64,000 nucleotides of DNA from the human T2T-CHM13v2.0 reference genome, Homo sapiens. The notes beneath the pieces were generated by a model that was not told the origin of the DNA, ran no database searches, and saw nothing but the letters and a program-made list of their open reading frames with translations. The stretch lies in NCBI RefSeq assembly GCF_009914755.1, contig NC_060927.1; one strand, given 5' to 3'. Of the stretch, positions 61,365 through 64,000 are shown piece after piece (the stretch's first letter is position 1; the number at the start of each line of letters is the position of its first letter). A program made the position numbers and the translations under genes.

Positions 61365-61540
61365 CCTTGAAGCCAGACAGATGAGGTTCCAATCTTGGCT
61401 CTACTGCTTGATAGTCAGAGGCCTCTCGGAATGAACCTCAGTGTCCTCGTCTTCAAAACAGATATAATACCTGTCTTACAATATTCTTATGAGAATTAAA
61501 AATAATGAGTATATTATAACCTGGGACATAGTGATTATAC
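61365..61540. mobile_element. MIR
   Basis: gaagccagacag...ggttccaatcttggctctact...aacctcagtgtcctcgtct. Confidence 0.7.
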
Positions 61541-62284
61541 GATGAGATCGATTTTCATCCAAAGAGATGAGTAACTGTGAGAAACTCAAATAGATAAGGG
61601 AAATGGGAGAAGCTTGGAGACAGGCAATGTTGCCCAGGCCTTTAAGAACTTGGAAACTGGGTCCAGAAACTAGATACCAGTAAGATCAATGCTGGTCACC
61701 AGCAATGGATGGATTATAATAAAGCAGTTACAGGACAAGTGAGTGTGCTTGGAGAAGTTCACATCTGTGGAGGAAAAGAAGCTCAGGGCAGTGGAAGGAG
61801 GAACTGCTCTGCTTCTCTCTCAAGACTGGGTTTCCAAGACTAGTTCTGAGGCTGAGGCTGGATGTCCCTTCCCATACTGCCACCTTGGCACTAGAGGGGG
61901 CCCTAGGGAAAATGCCTACTTGTATTGAGGAGGCTGTGCTATGAATGAGCTGGGCACAAGACGGTAGGCTCACTGTGCATGCCCAACAAGGCAGGGTGCT
62001 ATATTGCTGGCCAGGGGCTTTCTCTTCCGCTGCCCACACCCCCACACCCTGGCCCAGCACATGGTCTGGCACCAGCACCTGGCTCGGCTCATCATCAGAG
62101 CTGGTTCTTTAGTGGATGAAGGGAAGGAAGACATACCTGAGGGAGCAGGATGCAGCTCAGAGCCATTTAATTTTAACATGCAAAGAAATGTGAGCTTAAT
62201 TAGTACTCCCCCACCCTGATGGGTGTGAGATAGAATTTATTGTTCACAGATTTATTCAGTAAGCTGATGAGAAGCTCTTTAAAG

Positions 62285-62800
62285 GGGGAAAAAAAAACCG
62301 TTAGCGGAGCCAACATGAGCTCATCAAAAGCCAGTCTTGCCAAACCAACCTCATTTCCTTTGTTAATGGGGCTCCTGACCCAGCAGGAAGCCATAACATG
62401 GTGTTACTTGATTGGAAGAAGCCTTTTGACAAAGCCTGTCATGACATCCTGCTAGACAAGATGAGGACACATGGCTGGGGAGTCCTCAGGGAAAACTGGC
62501 TCAAAGCATGCCCGGCTCGGGTGCCCGTGGGCCAGCGTCACCCAGAAAGAAGCTGCTCTGAGCGCATGCCACTCAACGCTTGTCACGGACTTTGGAGAAA
62601 GAAGGAAACTGCTTACAAATGTGTGAATGACATGGATGACACGAAGCTGGGAGGATTGGACAGTCCAACGGCTGATAACTCAAAATTAGACCCACGGCTA
62701 TAAGGAGGGACCCCAACCAAGGAGAATGATTCCTACAGGGAGAAAATATGAAGCTTGACCGTAGCTTCAAGGAATTCAGCTAGTCAGCTTGGCACAATGT
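62285..62800 (+). mobile_element. L3/CR1 LINE reverse-transcriptase fossil
   Basis: SQHELIKSQSCQTNLISF, VLLDWKKPFDKACHDILLDKM, ENWL, DDTKLGG match CR1 RT motifs (SQHGF..KSCxTNLISF; VYLDFSKAFDxVxHxIL; FADDTKLGG). Confidence 0.85.
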
Positions 62801-63260
62801 ATGGGGACAAGTCTCTGGTGTTTTGACCGCAAGTTCACAATTCCAGCCTGTGAGGAGGACCCTCAGATTCAGATGTGAGCCTCCCTCTGTCTTCTTCTCA
62901 GGGAGACCACCCTGACAGCACCGCACTGGGCCCCCAAAGGGCTGGAAGCCTTATTTTGTGTAAAGACCAGCAGCTCAGGAAGCAAAGGCTCTGGGCTATG
63001 TGATGGCTGTTTCCACCACTGTGGACTGATGGGCTGGTTCTGCTTGGTTCCAGAAGACTGACCTGGGACTGATGGAGTGGAGTATAGGAAGAGAGAATTC
63101 AGGGAAATCTAGGAAAACGAGTGACATGGGAGAGAGGGAGGGGCCTGCTCCCACAAACCATGACTGTCCACATTCAGGCAGCCTTACAGTCCCCATTCTT
63201 GAGCTTCAGCTCCAGATGCCTGAGGGCAGTAGTGGGCCTGGCAGAGAGAACTGTCTGGTC

Positions 63261-63482
63261 CAGAGATTGGCAAACCACAACCCGTGGGCTGCGTTCAGTT
63301 CCCAGCCTGTATCTATCAATAAGTTTTATGGGGACACAGCCACGCCCACTTGCTTATCTATTGGGAAGGGGAACTTTTGTGCCACTACAGCAAAGTTGAA
63401 TAATTTCAGCACAGACCTTATGGTATACAAGTCTGACATATTTACTACCTGGCCCTTTACAGAAAATGTCTGTTGACCCCTG
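63261..63482. mobile_element. MER58A hAT-Charlie MITE
   Basis: cagagattggcaaac...cacagccacgcccac...ctggccctttacagaaaatgtctgttgacccctg. Confidence 0.88.
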
Positions 63483-64000
63483 GTCTAGTCCCATGGTGTT
63501 CAAACACATCAGCCACCAAATCTTCTGCAACCAATGCTTCTGGAGAAGCACAATGTATGAGACAGACAAGAGCAGGTGTCACCAGCACAAGACGATGAGA
63601 GGGGAGTATGGAGTCCCCTGCTCACACCTCTCCGCACTGCAGCCCCAGGCCAAGAAGAGGCCAGGAAGGAGCTCTCCAGAACATTCCAGAGCACCAGCCA
63701 GCCCCCTTAGGTCCTGGTTTGTGGGTCAGTCCTCTGTCACGCTAACTTCTCTTTGCTGTTTCCCTCTTTTAGATTTCTGAGGCTCACATCCTCTCTGACT
63801 GTGTCCAGTCCAAGCTCTCAATCCTGAAAAGTCCTTTTGTTCCTGAAAGAAAGAAACTCTCCTTGTTGTTTCCAACCTCCTGGTGGGTAGCACGCTGCCC
63901 AGTTGGGCCCAGTGGTTCCCATTTCAAGGCTTCAGGGCCACAGGAGATGCCTGTGCACACAGTCAGTGTCCCAGCTCTACAGCTCTACTAAGTGTGGCAG

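Overview
Primate (human or very close great-ape) genomic DNA, not prokaryotic. The right ~34 kb carry the 3' part of SLCO2A1 (prostaglandin transporter OATP2A1/PGT) on the minus strand: I mapped 11 consecutive coding exons (exons 4-14 by my recollection of the gene model) with GT-AG boundaries that splice into one continuous frame ending at TGA 31872, a ~2 kb 3' UTR and an ATTAAA poly(A) signal at 29881-29886; exons 1-3 lie beyond the window end. Downstream on the same strand is the intronless 165-codon orphan ORF known as C3orf36 (25465-25962), followed by an orphan CpG island (~24.4-25.1 kb) with a consensus CTCF motif. The left ~22.7 kb is AT-rich, gene-free and made mostly of nested old L1, Alu, LTR (MER41-like, THE1, MLT1) and hAT fossils. 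Most ORFs in the supplied track are Alu/L1/GC-rich artefacts. I see no convincing wholly new biological system; the best leads are regulatory or structural: a 91-bp intronic duplication that keeps a perfect CRE in both copies, a 45-bp tandem duplication of an NF-kB site, an AP-1/E-box/HRE/kB cluster, a templated inverted duplication, and Alu pairs that could drive in-frame exon skipping or circRNAs. Repeat family names are by-eye recognition and need RepeatMasker/Dfam confirmation.
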